Position numbers and translations under genes: made by a program | Notes under the pieces: generated by a model | Databases searched by the model: none | Told to the model about the DNA's origin: nothing | What the model saw: the letters and a program-made list of their open reading frames with translations, nothing else | Origin: an uncultured Verrucomicrobiae bacterium | GTDB taxonomy: Bacteria; Chlamydiota; Chlamydiia; Chlamydiales; Rhabdochlamydiaceae | Direction: 5' to 3' | Assembly (NCBI GenBank): GCA_963731265.1 | Contig: CAVSUE010000001.1 | Location: forward strand, 1,408,001 to 1,472,000 | Length of the DNA: 64,000 nt | Shown: positions 20,735 through 29,760 of the stretch, piece after piece | Layout of the letters: every line of letters starts with the position of its first letter | Position numbering within the stretch: position 1 is the first letter of the stretch

Positions 20735-20986
20735 ATGACAACACAATCACGATACTCTTCAAGGCTGACCGCGAAGTTCCAAGCGACTATCCCCTTGGCG
20801 ATCCGGAAGCACTTACATCTAAAGAAAAAAGATGAGCTGGTCTATGAAATGCTGAGTGACGGGACCGTAGTCATAAGAAAGCAAACCCCTCTCGACCTGG
20901 AATATTTGAAAGCTATCGAATCAACCCTCGATGAATGGAACTCTGAAGATGACGAACGGGCATACAAACACTTACAAAATCTATGA
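20735..20986 (+). CDS. AbrB/MazE family antitoxin
   Basis: SRLTAKFQATIPLAIRKHL; C-terminal 'LDEWNSEDDERAY'. Confidence 0.85.
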   Translation: MTTQSRYSSRLTAKFQATIPLAIRKHLHLKKKDELVYEMLSDGTVVIRKQTPLDLEYLKAIESTLDEWNSEDDERAYKHLQNL

Positions 20987-21304
20987 AATCGTTGTAGTTC
21001 CTTTTCCGTTTACAGATCAAGCCGCGACCAAAATTAGACCAGCGCTCATTCTTTCGTCAGAGCTTTTTAATGCAAAAAACGGAAAAAGTATAATGGCGAT
21101 TGTCACTTCCAACACGGGAAAAGAATTGTGGCCAAATGACGTGCCAATAAATCATTTAGTGCCGACCGGCCTTAAAGAAAAATCACTCGTTCGCTTTAAA
21201 TGTTCAGGATTGATCACAGGGTCATTAAGACTCGCATTGGCTCTCTTCACGTCGAGGATGTCAAAGCGCTTAAAATGAGACTGAAGGAAGCCTTGGAGAT
21301 TTAG
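20949..21304 (+). pseudogene. PemK/MazF endoribonuclease toxin, frameshifted near 21200
   Basis: VVVPFPFTD..KIRPALILS..; the expected tail 'FRIDHRVIKTRIGSL..LKEALEI*' lies in another frame ending at 21304. Confidence 0.75.
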
Positions 21305-21576
21305 AAATTCCCACTCTTCCGCATCCGGTCAAATGACTGTTGGCTCAAGCCTCTCACATCGGGCATAAAAGGATGGAATATCCATTGAGCGCTGGCTTTC
21401 GCGTTTGACTTTCAGCTATTTAAAAGGAGCGAGTTTGTTTTTACCGTAATTTCAACGGAACAAGACACTCCAAATCGGTCCCCAAAGAAAGAACTTTGAA
21501 GACTCGTTTGGGTGATTTAAGGGGCGGAACTCCAAGCTCCGTTGGATTTCCGTTGTCTCCGGCAAGAGAACAGGAA

Positions 21577-21648
21577 CTCCGGATGCATGATTCGAACATG
21601 CGACCAATGGATTAACAGTCCACTGCTCTACCGCTGAGCTAATCCGGA
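21577..21648 (-). tRNA. tRNA-Asn (GTT)
   Basis: TCCGGATTAGCTCAGCGGTAGAGCAGTGGACTGTTAATCCATTGGTCGCATGTTCGAATCATGCATCCGGAG folds as a cloverleaf; CCA not encoded. Confidence 0.97.
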
Positions 21649-21764
21649 ACAGAAGTGACAATCTTATTCTATACGTGGATTTTCGGGCAATTCCTTAATA
21701 TCAAAGTGTCAGGTATAAAAAAATTTAACTATTTAATTTTATTGGGCGGGGTTATTCTCCCTTT

Positions 21765-23918
21765 ATGGAAGAAATTTACGGGTTCATCGACAGCATTGTC
21801 TTTACCGAAAGCGAGAAGGGATTCACCGTAGCTAGGCTGAAAGAGCCGAAAAAGAAGGACCCTACTTGCATTGTGGGAGTGATGCCTTCGGTTCAGCCAG
21901 GCGAGACGATCCACTGTAAGGGTATATGGAAAATCCACCCGGAATATGGTCAACAGTTTGAAGTCAAATCTTTTACTGTTCAAGCCCCGTCTGATTTGAT
22001 CGGCATTCAAAAATACCTTGAATCCGGGATGATCAAAGGAATTGGCCCGGTCTATGCAGAGAGGATCGTTAAAAGTTTTGGATTGGACACGCTTGAGATC
22101 ATCGACAAAACCCCTGATAGGCTTTTCGACGTGCCAGGGATCGGAGCCAAACGTGTGGAGAAGATCAAAGCTTGCTGGCACGACCAGCGATTGATCCGCG
22201 AGGTGATGATTTTTCTGCGGGGTCATGGGGTGAGTCCTTCTTATGCGCATAAGATCTTCAAAAATTATGGGGAAAAGAGCATTGAGAAGGTGCGCGCGAA
22301 CCCCTTCCAGCTTGCCAAGGAGATCCACGGGATTGGATTCAAGACTGCGGATTCGATTGCACAAGGGCTGGGCATCCCCCAGGACTCTTCTTGCCGCATT
22401 GATGCGGGCATAGAACACACGCTTTGGGAGCTTTCTAATGACGGTCATGTGTGTTATCCCTTGCAGGACCTAATTCCTGAAGTGGAGGAGATTTTGCAGG
22501 TTCCTAAAGAAGCGATTGAGAAAAGAGTTCAAGCGCTGATTGAAAAACAGGACCTAGTCAAAGAGAACGACAAGATCTGGGTCAAACCTCTGTTCTTGAC
22601 TGAGGTGGGGATCGCAAGGGAGCTAGCGCGATTAACAGAGTCTGTTTGCCGCCTTCGGTCCGTCGATGTCGAAAAAGCGCTGGAATGGGTGCAGAAGCAG
22701 TTGAAGATCGAGCTGGCTCCGGAACAGAAGACCGCAGTCGGCCAGGGCCTCAAAGAAAAGATCATGATCGTGACGGGTGGGCCTGGAACGGGCAAAAGCA
22801 CAATTACAAAGGCAATCCTCGGCATTTCGGAAAAACTCACGCAGCGGATTCTTTTGGCCGCGCCTACGGGAAGAGCAGCCAAGCGCATGACCGAAATTAC
22901 GGGGAAGAAGGCATCGACGATCCACAGTCTGCTCGAGTTCGATTTTAAGACAGGAAAATTCAAACGGAATAAAGACAATCCCCTGCAATGCGACCTCTTC
23001 ATCGTCGATGAAGCGAGCATGATCGACACACAGCTGATGAACCATTTGCTTAAAGCGATTCCGAGCGAAGCAAGAGTGGTTTTTATTGGAGATATCGATC
23101 AGCTTCCAAGCGTGGGGCCGGGAAATGTACTCAAGGACCTGATTCAATCGGAGCGAATTGGGGTCACTCAACTCAAGAAGATTTTTCGTCAAGCCGAGGG
23201 CTCCCTCATTGTGACGAACGCACACCGCATCAACCAAGGGGAATTCCCTGATATCTCCTACCATCCTGGAGGAGACTTTCAATTCATCGAAGCTGAAAAT
23301 CCTGACGATGTCGTGAAGATCGTGCTGGATTTGGTTGCTAGCCGCTTGCCTAAATCACATCGCTTCCATCGCTTCGACGATATTCAGGTCCTATCGCCCA
23401 TGAAGCGCGGACTGATCGGCAGCGAAAACCTCAACACAGTCCTCCAGCAGCAGCTCAATCCATCCCCGACTCCCCTTATTCGTTTCGGGCGCTGTTTTCA
23501 TATCGGCGATAAAGTGATGCAGATCAGGAACAATTATGAGAAGGAAGTCTATAACGGAGATGTGGGCAAAATCATTGAGATCGACTTGACCGATCAGACG
23601 ATGAAAGTGGGTTTTGACGGCAAGGTCGTGCCCTATGATTTCCTCGAAATCGACGAATTGATCCTTGCCTATGCTGTCTCCATCCACAAATACCAGGGCA
23701 GCGAGTGCCCTTGCGTGATCATCCCTGTTCACACCTCGCATTTCAAAATGCTGTTCCGCAATCTGCTCTACACGGGACTTACTCGCGGGAAGAAAAGAGT
23801 GGTTTTTGTGGGGACAAAAAAAGCGATCGCTATAGCAATCCGCAATGAAGAAGTCTTAAAACGGCATACGGGCCTAAAAGAAACGGTCTGTAAATTTATC
23901 CAAGGCGTTCGAGGATGA
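21765..23918 (+). CDS. recD2: ATP-dependent RecD-like DNA helicase
   Basis: GIGP HhH repeats, GGPGTGKS, APTGRAAKR, VDEASM, GDIDQLPSVG, SIHKYQGSE. Confidence 0.95.
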   Translation: MEEIYGFIDSIVFTESEKGFTVARLKEPKKKDPTCIVGVMPSVQPGETIHCKGIWKIHPEYGQQFEVKSFTVQAPSDLIGIQKYLESGMIKGIGPVYAERIVKSFGLDTLEIIDKTPDRLFDVPGIGAKRVEKIKACWHDQRLIREVMIFLRGHGVSPSYAHKIFKNYGEKSIEKVRANPFQLAKEIHGIGFKTADSIAQGLGIPQDSSCRIDAGIEHTLWELSNDGHVCYPLQDLIPEVEEILQVPKEAIEKRVQALIEKQDLVKENDKIWVKPLFLTEVGIARELARLTESVCRLRSVDVEKALEWVQKQLKIELAPEQKTAVGQGLKEKIMIVTGGPGTGKSTITKAILGISEKLTQRILLAAPTGRAAKRMTEITGKKASTIHSLLEFDFKTGKFKRNKDNPLQCDLFIVDEASMIDTQLMNHLLKAIPSEARVVFIGDIDQLPSVGPGNVLKDLIQSERIGVTQLKKIFRQAEGSLIVTNAHRINQGEFPDISYHPGGDFQFIEAENPDDVVKIVLDLVASRLPKSHRFHRFDDIQVLSPMKRGLIGSENLNTVLQQQLNPSPTPLIRFGRCFHIGDKVMQIRNNYEKEVYNGDVGKIIEIDLTDQTMKVGFDGKVVPYDFLEIDELILAYAVSIHKYQGSECPCVIIPVHTSHFKMLFRNLLYTGLTRGKKRVVFVGTKKAIAIAIRNEEVLKRHTGLKETVCKFIQGVRG

Positions 23919-24552
23919 GTTTAGCTTCTTTTTCATCGATCAAGACAAAGCGTTGAAGGCTTTGCTCATAACAATAGACATCGGCCTGCGCGATATCGAA
24001 CCACCAGCCATGAACGCGCAATTGCTTTTTCTCAACCCGTTCGCGGACAGAGGGGTAGCTGAGGATATGCTGCGTTTGTACGAGAACATTGACTTGCGAG
24101 AGTTGATTGTGCTCGGACAAAGAGGGATCGATCACGAATCCTTTGCGGACTTTGTTCAATGATTCTTCTGCGTATTTCAGCCAAGACTGTAAATGAGGGC
24201 AAGTCAGTTTTTCTACCCCTAGGGAAAGGGCTTGCATAGCGCCGCATTCCGAGTGGCCGCAAACAATGATGTCGGAGACATTTAACGCCATGACAGAAAA
24301 TTCAATGGCAGAAGGAACGCTGTTTTCCTGATCATTAGAATCGACAGGAGGAATCAAGTTGCCCATATTGCGGATCACAAACAGATCGCCGGGGTCTGTA
24401 GAGGCGAAAAGATTGGGAACGACACGGCTGTCGGAACACCCGATAAAAAGGACATCGGGCCTTTGTCCAAGAGCTAATTTGGCAAAAAGCGCTCTTTTTT
24501 CTTTTGTCAGCCCTTTTCTAAATTCGACGATGCCTTGAATGAGTTTCTTCAT
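23896..24552 (-). CDS. Beta-class carbonic anhydrase
   Basis: CSDSRV, RNMGN, CGHSECGAM. Confidence 0.93.
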   Translation of the reverse strand: MKKLIQGIVEFRKGLTKEKRALFAKLALGQRPDVLFIGCSDSRVVPNLFASTDPGDLFVIRNMGNLIPPVDSNDQENSVPSAIEFSVMALNVSDIIVCGHSECGAMQALSLGVEKLTCPHLQSWLKYAEESLNKVRKGFVIDPSLSEHNQLSQVNVLVQTQHILSYPSVRERVEKKQLRVHGWWFDIAQADVYCYEQSLQRFVLIDEKEAKLILERLG

Positions 24553-26589
24553 CTATAAAATTTCTGAGCCGGGTTGAGCCTGAGTAAAATTCGGCAATTC
24601 GAAGCCATCTACGGTTTCGGCTGCCAGGATCATGCCATTGCTTTCAAAACCCATTAGGACTGCGGGTTTGAGGTTGGCGACGATCGCGACATATTTGCCG
24701 ATAAGAGTGGAAGGATCTCCGATTTTTTCGCCGATCCCTGAGGCGATGGTACGCTGCTCGAAACCGAGATCCACAGTGAGCTTGAGAAGCTTTTTGCTTT
24801 TTGGAACCCGTTCAGCATGGAGGATTTTGGCAACGCGGAGATCGACTTTGCGCACATCGTCAATGGTGATTTGTTCTTTAGTCTGGACTTGAACAGGTTT
24901 TGTCTTGATTGTCATCTGGTGCAATTTCTCGATTTCTTTTTGCATGACATCATCTTCAATTTTAGTGAAGAGGGTTTTTGGTTCGGGCAAAGCTTGGCCG
25001 GAGAGAAGCATGGAGGTAGCCGTTTCATCCCATTTCGCATCGGAGAGCGCTGTTGAAAATCCCAGCATTTTCCAGACTTTCTCAGCAGATGACGGAATGA
25101 TGGGAAATGAGATCAACGCAAGCACCTTAATGCATTCAAGGCAGCAGGCAATAGTATTGGCCATGTCCTGATGCGTCATGGCGCTGCGTGCCGCAACCCA
25201 AGGCTTTTTCGCATCGAAATAAACGTTACCGAGCTGGGCCAGTTCCATGACGACCTGCGAAGCGCGGCGCAACCGGAAATGGGCATAAGCGTCGTCGGCT
25301 TCTTTGGCAAGGGCGTGGACCTTGTCCAAAAACTGCTGGTCTTGCTCATGCAGTTGTTTGGCCTCGGGAATTTTTCTTTCGCAATTGTTCTGGGCAAAAA
25401 CAAGAGTCCGATGGATGAGGTTCCCATATTTCCCGAGGAGTTCACTGTTACAGCGCGCTTGAAAATCTTTCCAGGTGAATTCAGAGTCTTGGGATTCCGG
25501 CGCGTTGGAGGCAATCGCAAAACGGATCTGATCGGCCGTGAATTGTTTAAAGAAAGATTCCAGATCGATGTACCAGCCTTCCGACTTGCTGAATTGCTTC
25601 CCCTCGAGATTGTAAAACTCGTTGGCAGGAAGCTCGTCAACGAGTTTGTAAGGAGTGTTCTGTCCCATGATCATGGCGGGAAAGAATACGGCGTGGAACG
25701 GTATATTGTCCTTTCCGATGAATTCGACATACTTTGTCTTGGGGTCGAGCCAGTAATCTTTCCACGCATCCGGCTTATGGTGCAGTTGGGCCCATTCCTG
25801 GGTGGCGGAAATGTAGCCGATGGGCGCATCGAACCAGACGTAGAGGACTTTCCCTTCGGCTCCCGGAATCGGCAGAGGAATCCCCCACTCCATATCCCGC
25901 GTGATCGCCCGCGGCTTCAATTCGTTGATGTATGTTTTGGCAAAATTGACGACGTTGCTTTTCCAATCTTTTTTGGAGATCCAATCGTTCAGTTTGTCTT
26001 TAAACAGGTCGAAGCGCATGAACCAGTGCTTGGTCGGTTTGCGTACAAGCGGTGCCCCTGTGAGCTTGGAACGGGGGTTGATGAGGTCGGTAGCCTCATA
26101 GCTTGCGCCGCATTTTTGGCACTCGTCCCCGCGCGCGCCCTGAAATCCACATTTTGGGCAAGTTCCCGTCACATACCGGTCGGCCAGAAACTTCTGATCG
26201 TTCTCGGAATAGAGCTGTTCGGTGATTTTTTCTTCGATATAGCCGTTGGCGAGCAGGTCCAGGAAAAATTGCTGAGTGATCTGCGTATGTCCTGGGGATG
26301 TCGTGCGAGAATAATGGTCGAAAGAAAAATCGAGCTGGGAGAAGAAATTCTTAATGATCCCATGGAATAGATCGACGTGCTCTTTTGGCGTTCTGCCTGC
26401 GAGCTCGGCACTCAAAGTGATGGCGATGCCGTATTCATCCGAGCCGCAAATATAAAGGACATCGCTGCCTTTCTGCCGCTGATATCGCGCATAGCAATCG
26501 CCCGGCAGGTAGGCGCCTGCGATGTGTCCGAAATGCAGCGGCCCGTTGGCATAGGGAAGGGCTGAAGTGATCAGGACTTTTTGACGCAC
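24553..26589 (-). CDS. metG: Methionine--tRNA ligase
   Basis: PYANGPLHFGH, Zn knuckle, GKDNIPFH, FSKS, C-terminal tRNA-binding OB domain. Confidence 0.97.
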   Translation of the reverse strand: MRQKVLITSALPYANGPLHFGHIAGAYLPGDCYARYQRQKGSDVLYICGSDEYGIAITLSAELAGRTPKEHVDLFHGIIKNFFSQLDFSFDHYSRTTSPGHTQITQQFFLDLLANGYIEEKITEQLYSENDQKFLADRYVTGTCPKCGFQGARGDECQKCGASYEATDLINPRSKLTGAPLVRKPTKHWFMRFDLFKDKLNDWISKKDWKSNVVNFAKTYINELKPRAITRDMEWGIPLPIPGAEGKVLYVWFDAPIGYISATQEWAQLHHKPDAWKDYWLDPKTKYVEFIGKDNIPFHAVFFPAMIMGQNTPYKLVDELPANEFYNLEGKQFSKSEGWYIDLESFFKQFTADQIRFAIASNAPESQDSEFTWKDFQARCNSELLGKYGNLIHRTLVFAQNNCERKIPEAKQLHEQDQQFLDKVHALAKEADDAYAHFRLRRASQVVMELAQLGNVYFDAKKPWVAARSAMTHQDMANTIACCLECIKVLALISFPIIPSSAEKVWKMLGFSTALSDAKWDETATSMLLSGQALPEPKTLFTKIEDDVMQKEIEKLHQMTIKTKPVQVQTKEQITIDDVRKVDLRVAKILHAERVPKSKKLLKLTVDLGFEQRTIASGIGEKIGDPSTLIGKYVAIVANLKPAVLMGFESNGMILAAETVDGFELPNFTQAQPGSEIL

Positions 26590-26591
26590 GG

Positions 26592-26837
26592 CTACACCTT
26601 TTCAGCGGGCACTGGCTCTTCTTCCTCTTCTTCCATTTTTTGGAGGTCGGCAAGATACTGTTCGCTGGGGTTGCGTCTGATTTCATTGAGCAATTTGGTC
26701 ATGGAGACCTCATGGCCTGATTTGATATAGAAACGCGCCAAACGGATCGCTTGGTTTGCCAGTTCGAAATTGTTCTTAAATAGTCCGCGGAGATTTTCAT
26801 TTGTCAGCAAATCTCTGGTCGTTTTGTATTCTTTCAT
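26592..26837 (-). CDS. rpoZ: Probable chlamydial-type RNA polymerase omega subunit
   Basis: Overlaps gmk (gmk-rpoZ linkage); 'LTNENL..LFKNNFELANQAI' resembles chlamydial omega proteins. Confidence 0.65.
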   Translation of the reverse strand: MKEYKTTRDLLTNENLRGLFKNNFELANQAIRLARFYIKSGHEVSMTKLLNEIRRNPSEQYLADLQKMEEEEEEPVPAEKV

Positions 26838-27439
26838 CTTTTCTCCTTTCTAATTCGATGCTCTTCCGCGATCACAATGCTGCGTAAAACCGCATAGGCC
26901 TGGTTCAAATTGTCGTTGACTATGTGGTAATCGTATTCGGCCATTTTTTCTATTTCCGCTTTAGCCCAAGAAAGTCGTTTTTGGATGGCTTCCATGCTTT
27001 CCGTCTTTCTTTTGACAAGTCTTTCTTTAAGCTCTTCAAGAGAGGGAGGGCTGATAAAAATATAAATGGCAGAAAAATTTTCTTTCTTTAGAAGCATGGC
27101 CCCCTGAGTATCAATGATCAGGAAGACGTGCTTGCCCGTTTTCTGCTGCTTGAGCACATGCTCTCGCGAAGTACCGTAATGATACCCGAAAACCTCGGCA
27201 TATTCAAGAAAATCCCCTTTTGCTACCTTATCGTTAAATTCTTTTTTTGAAAGGAAATAATAATCTTTACCGTCGACCTCGCCCGGCCTCAGAGCCCGCG
27301 TCGTGCAGGAGATGCTCTCGTATATGCAAGGAAATTCTTGAGAGAGCATCCGCACTAGGGTGGTCTTCCCCGTGCCCGCAGGCGCGCTCAGCACGAAGAC
27401 AAATCCTTTTGCGACATTTCCTAACAGTTTTTGCGTCAT
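26834..27439 (-). CDS. gmk: Guanylate kinase
   Basis: SAPAGTGKTT, TTRALRPGEVDGKDYYF, YGTS. Confidence 0.96.
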   Translation of the reverse strand: MTQKLLGNVAKGFVFVLSAPAGTGKTTLVRMLSQEFPCIYESISCTTRALRPGEVDGKDYYFLSKKEFNDKVAKGDFLEYAEVFGYHYGTSREHVLKQQKTGKHVFLIIDTQGAMLLKKENFSAIYIFISPPSLEELKERLVKRKTESMEAIQKRLSWAKAEIEKMAEYDYHIVNDNLNQAYAVLRSIVIAEEHRIRKEKR

Positions 27440-27443
27440 AACG

Positions 27444-28331
27444 TTATTCGATATTCTGCACCTGTTCGCGGATCTTGTCCAATTCGCTTTTCGTCTTGAT
27501 CACGTAAGAAGAAATTTCACTGTCCGCAGATTTGGATCCCAGCGTATTGATTTCGCGATGCATCTCCTGGGTCAAAAAATCCAAGGTCCTTCCTACAGCT
27601 TTTTCCTGAGAAGCGAGATGATGGCGAAACTGTTCGATATGCGCGCGCAGCCTGACAAGCTCTTCAGTGACATCCAATTTTTCAGCGAGCAGGGCGACCT
27701 CGCGCATGATCCTTTCTTCCGCTTCCCCATGCAGATGGCCGATTTCCTTCATCCGGTCAACAATTTTTTTTCGATAATGAACGAGCGGCAGTTCTTTTTT
27801 CATTTCCACGGCGGCGATGTTTTCTTCGATGATTTTCAACCGTTTTTGAATGTCCAGAGCCAGCGTCTTTCCTTCGGTCTCCTTCATTTTCATGAATTCT
27901 TGCAGGGCATCATCGACAAGGCCTTTTAGGGAAGCTCTGACCGCTTCCTCCTCTTCTTTCGTTTCAGCGGCGGGCATCATTTGCCATTGCGAAACTAAAA
28001 AAGAAAGGTCGACCACTTTTTCAGGTTCATAGCCAAGCTCTTTGGCGAGCTTATCCCAACCCTCTTTGAGCGTTTTGAGCTGAACAGCATAATTGGAGAA
28101 AAGCTTGCCGGATATCCCTTCGCTTTGCAAGTTCAGACGTACAGTGACCTGCCCGCGCTCGAGCCACTGGCTCATCCATTTCCGTATTTCGACATCGAAC
28201 TTCAGCAAATCTTTGGGCAAATAGAGGGACATGTCGAGCATCTTGCGATTGACCGAGTGGATTTCGATGACCAGCCTGCCCAGCGGAAAACTTGCACTGG
28301 CGCGGCTGTACGCGGTCATGCTTTTGATCAT
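27444..28331 (-). CDS. yicC: YicC/YloC family endoribonuclease
   Basis: MIKSMTAY, SVNRKMLD, GRTLDFLTQEMHREINTLGSK, IREQVQNIE. Confidence 0.93.
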   Translation of the reverse strand: MIKSMTAYSRASASFPLGRLVIEIHSVNRKMLDMSLYLPKDLLKFDVEIRKWMSQWLERGQVTVRLNLQSEGISGKLFSNYAVQLKTLKEGWDKLAKELGYEPEKVVDLSFLVSQWQMMPAAETKEEEEAVRASLKGLVDDALQEFMKMKETEGKTLALDIQKRLKIIEENIAAVEMKKELPLVHYRKKIVDRMKEIGHLHGEAEERIMREVALLAEKLDVTEELVRLRAHIEQFRHHLASQEKAVGRTLDFLTQEMHREINTLGSKSADSEISSYVIKTKSELDKIREQVQNIE

Positions 28332-28451
28332 GCTAGAGCCTCTAAAGAATTGTAAGATTTATAATGGATCCACCCTACCATGTCAAGCGATCGAGTAAAA
28401 AAGGAACCTATCTGCAAGGGAATCCTCAATGATCAAGCCCCAGCGGGGCAC

Positions 28452-28915
28452 TAGTGCTTCTTAAAGAAAGTTTTTAAAATAATCATTAGGCTAGTGTGGG
28501 ATATAGTTTTTTCAGTTTCACTCTTGCATCATCGGTCGTAAACTGCCAATTACACCCAACCTTATGTTCATTTCTTGCAGTTTCCCAAGCCTCGACCTCT
28601 TGGATGAGTTTTTCTTGGGAAGGTATTCTCTTGTTAAGACATTGTCTGGATAGAGCGCTAAATTCTATTTCCGCCATGTTTAACCAACTACCGTGTTTTG
28701 GCGTGTATTGAATATCAAGCTTATCGCTAATTCGTTTAGCTGTAGGTGGATCAAAATAGCTATACAGTGATGCGGGTGAATGCGTATTCAGATTGTCCAT
28801 AACGATGGTTACTTTCAAGGCGTCTGGGTATAACTCGTCTACAATAAACTTCATGCACTTTGCCCAGTCTATTTTTGTTCTTTGATCTGTTACTTTTACT
28901 ACTCTTTTTCCTTGC
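28452..28915 (-). mobile_element. IS630-family remnant (C-terminal DDE part plus right end)
   Basis: VMDNLNTH, YTPKHGSWLNMAEIE, WQFTTDDARVKLKKLYP; minus-strand end ...AAGAAGCACTA at 28452. Confidence 0.85.
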
Positions 28916-29238
28916 TGATCAATTCGAGGTACAATGCCGACGAACTGCCCTAAAGGAGCCATTTGTTTAGCGGTGAAGGTCCTGGGGTACATGAACTGGA
29001 AGTCTTCCTTGGCGGCGTTAACATCATGTCCATCAATAAGGGGGATTGATTCAGTGTCAAACAAGATAAACCAAATGCTGGGGTGTTGCATGGTATTATG
29101 CCATGCCTTGGATACGCTGGTGCAATGGATAACATCGGCAACCCCTAAGAATCGGAAGAGACGGCTCACAGTGTCGACACTGGGGCCCGGACCTGAAAAA
29201 AAGAACGGGTCAGATAAAGCATTTGCAACTTGTGACAT
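28486..29238 (-). CDS. Chimeric ORF: F-box-like N-terminus fused in frame to IS630 transposase C-terminus
   Basis: Residues ~20-60 (DTVSRLFRFLGVADVIHCTSVSKAWHNTMQHPSIW) match the F-box pattern; residues ~110-250 are IS630. Confidence 0.7.
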   Translation of the reverse strand: MSQVANALSDPFFFSGPGPSVDTVSRLFRFLGVADVIHCTSVSKAWHNTMQHPSIWFILFDTESIPLIDGHDVNAAKEDFQFMYPRTFTAKQMAPLGQFVGIVPRIDQQGKRVVKVTDQRTKIDWAKCMKFIVDELYPDALKVTIVMDNLNTHSPASLYSYFDPPTAKRISDKLDIQYTPKHGSWLNMAEIEFSALSRQCLNKRIPSQEKLIQEVEAWETARNEHKVGCNWQFTTDDARVKLKKLYPTLA

Positions 29239-29760
29239 ATGTTATTTTTTTATATTTTAATTAAGTCAATTTAAATAAAAAATAACATGAAATTAAATTT
29301 AAGTCAAATTAACCATTTTTTTGCAATTATTAGAAGTCAGGAAATTATTTATATCTATTCCCATTCGAAAAGCCCCAAACCTTCAAATTTTAAACCGTTT
29401 AATACCAACATCTTATGAAGTAACGAACTTCTTTTTTCAGCTAAACTGCAAATTATTTTCAAGGATTGGTATAAATATTGACTTAGGTATAAGGGATACC
29501 CCGACATACCGAAATGAGCTCAAAAGTAAGGTCTGGAGGACCTTCTTGGAGCGCAGCGAAACGGGCCGGAGGACGCCCTGAAATTGGGCCAGGCTTTGCG
29601 GGCGCGCCTGCTCCTGTTAGAAAAGAGCATGGAATTGCTCTTTTGCAAGAGGAGCAGACGCAACTTGAACAAGTTGTGCGATACAGGTGGGCTCAAATTA
29701 TGAACGCAAACTCTTAAATATCCTAATTACAATTCTTCAATTTAACCATAGGAGCATATT

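Noticed and set aside
21305..21570. Possible integrase remnant or degenerate palindrome next to tRNA-Asn
   Set aside because: No recombinase motif in the part translated by eye, and the inverted repeat is too weak to delimit.
21729..23282. Long minus-strand ORFs (239, 166, 216 aa)
   Set aside because: Antisense shadows of recD2.
25171..26370. 399-aa plus-strand ORF
   Set aside because: Entirely antisense to metG, with no recognisable motifs; a shadow ORF.
29514..29717. 67-aa ORF upstream of the paralogue triplet
   Set aside because: May be real, but has no clear RBS or motif, so it cannot be supported.
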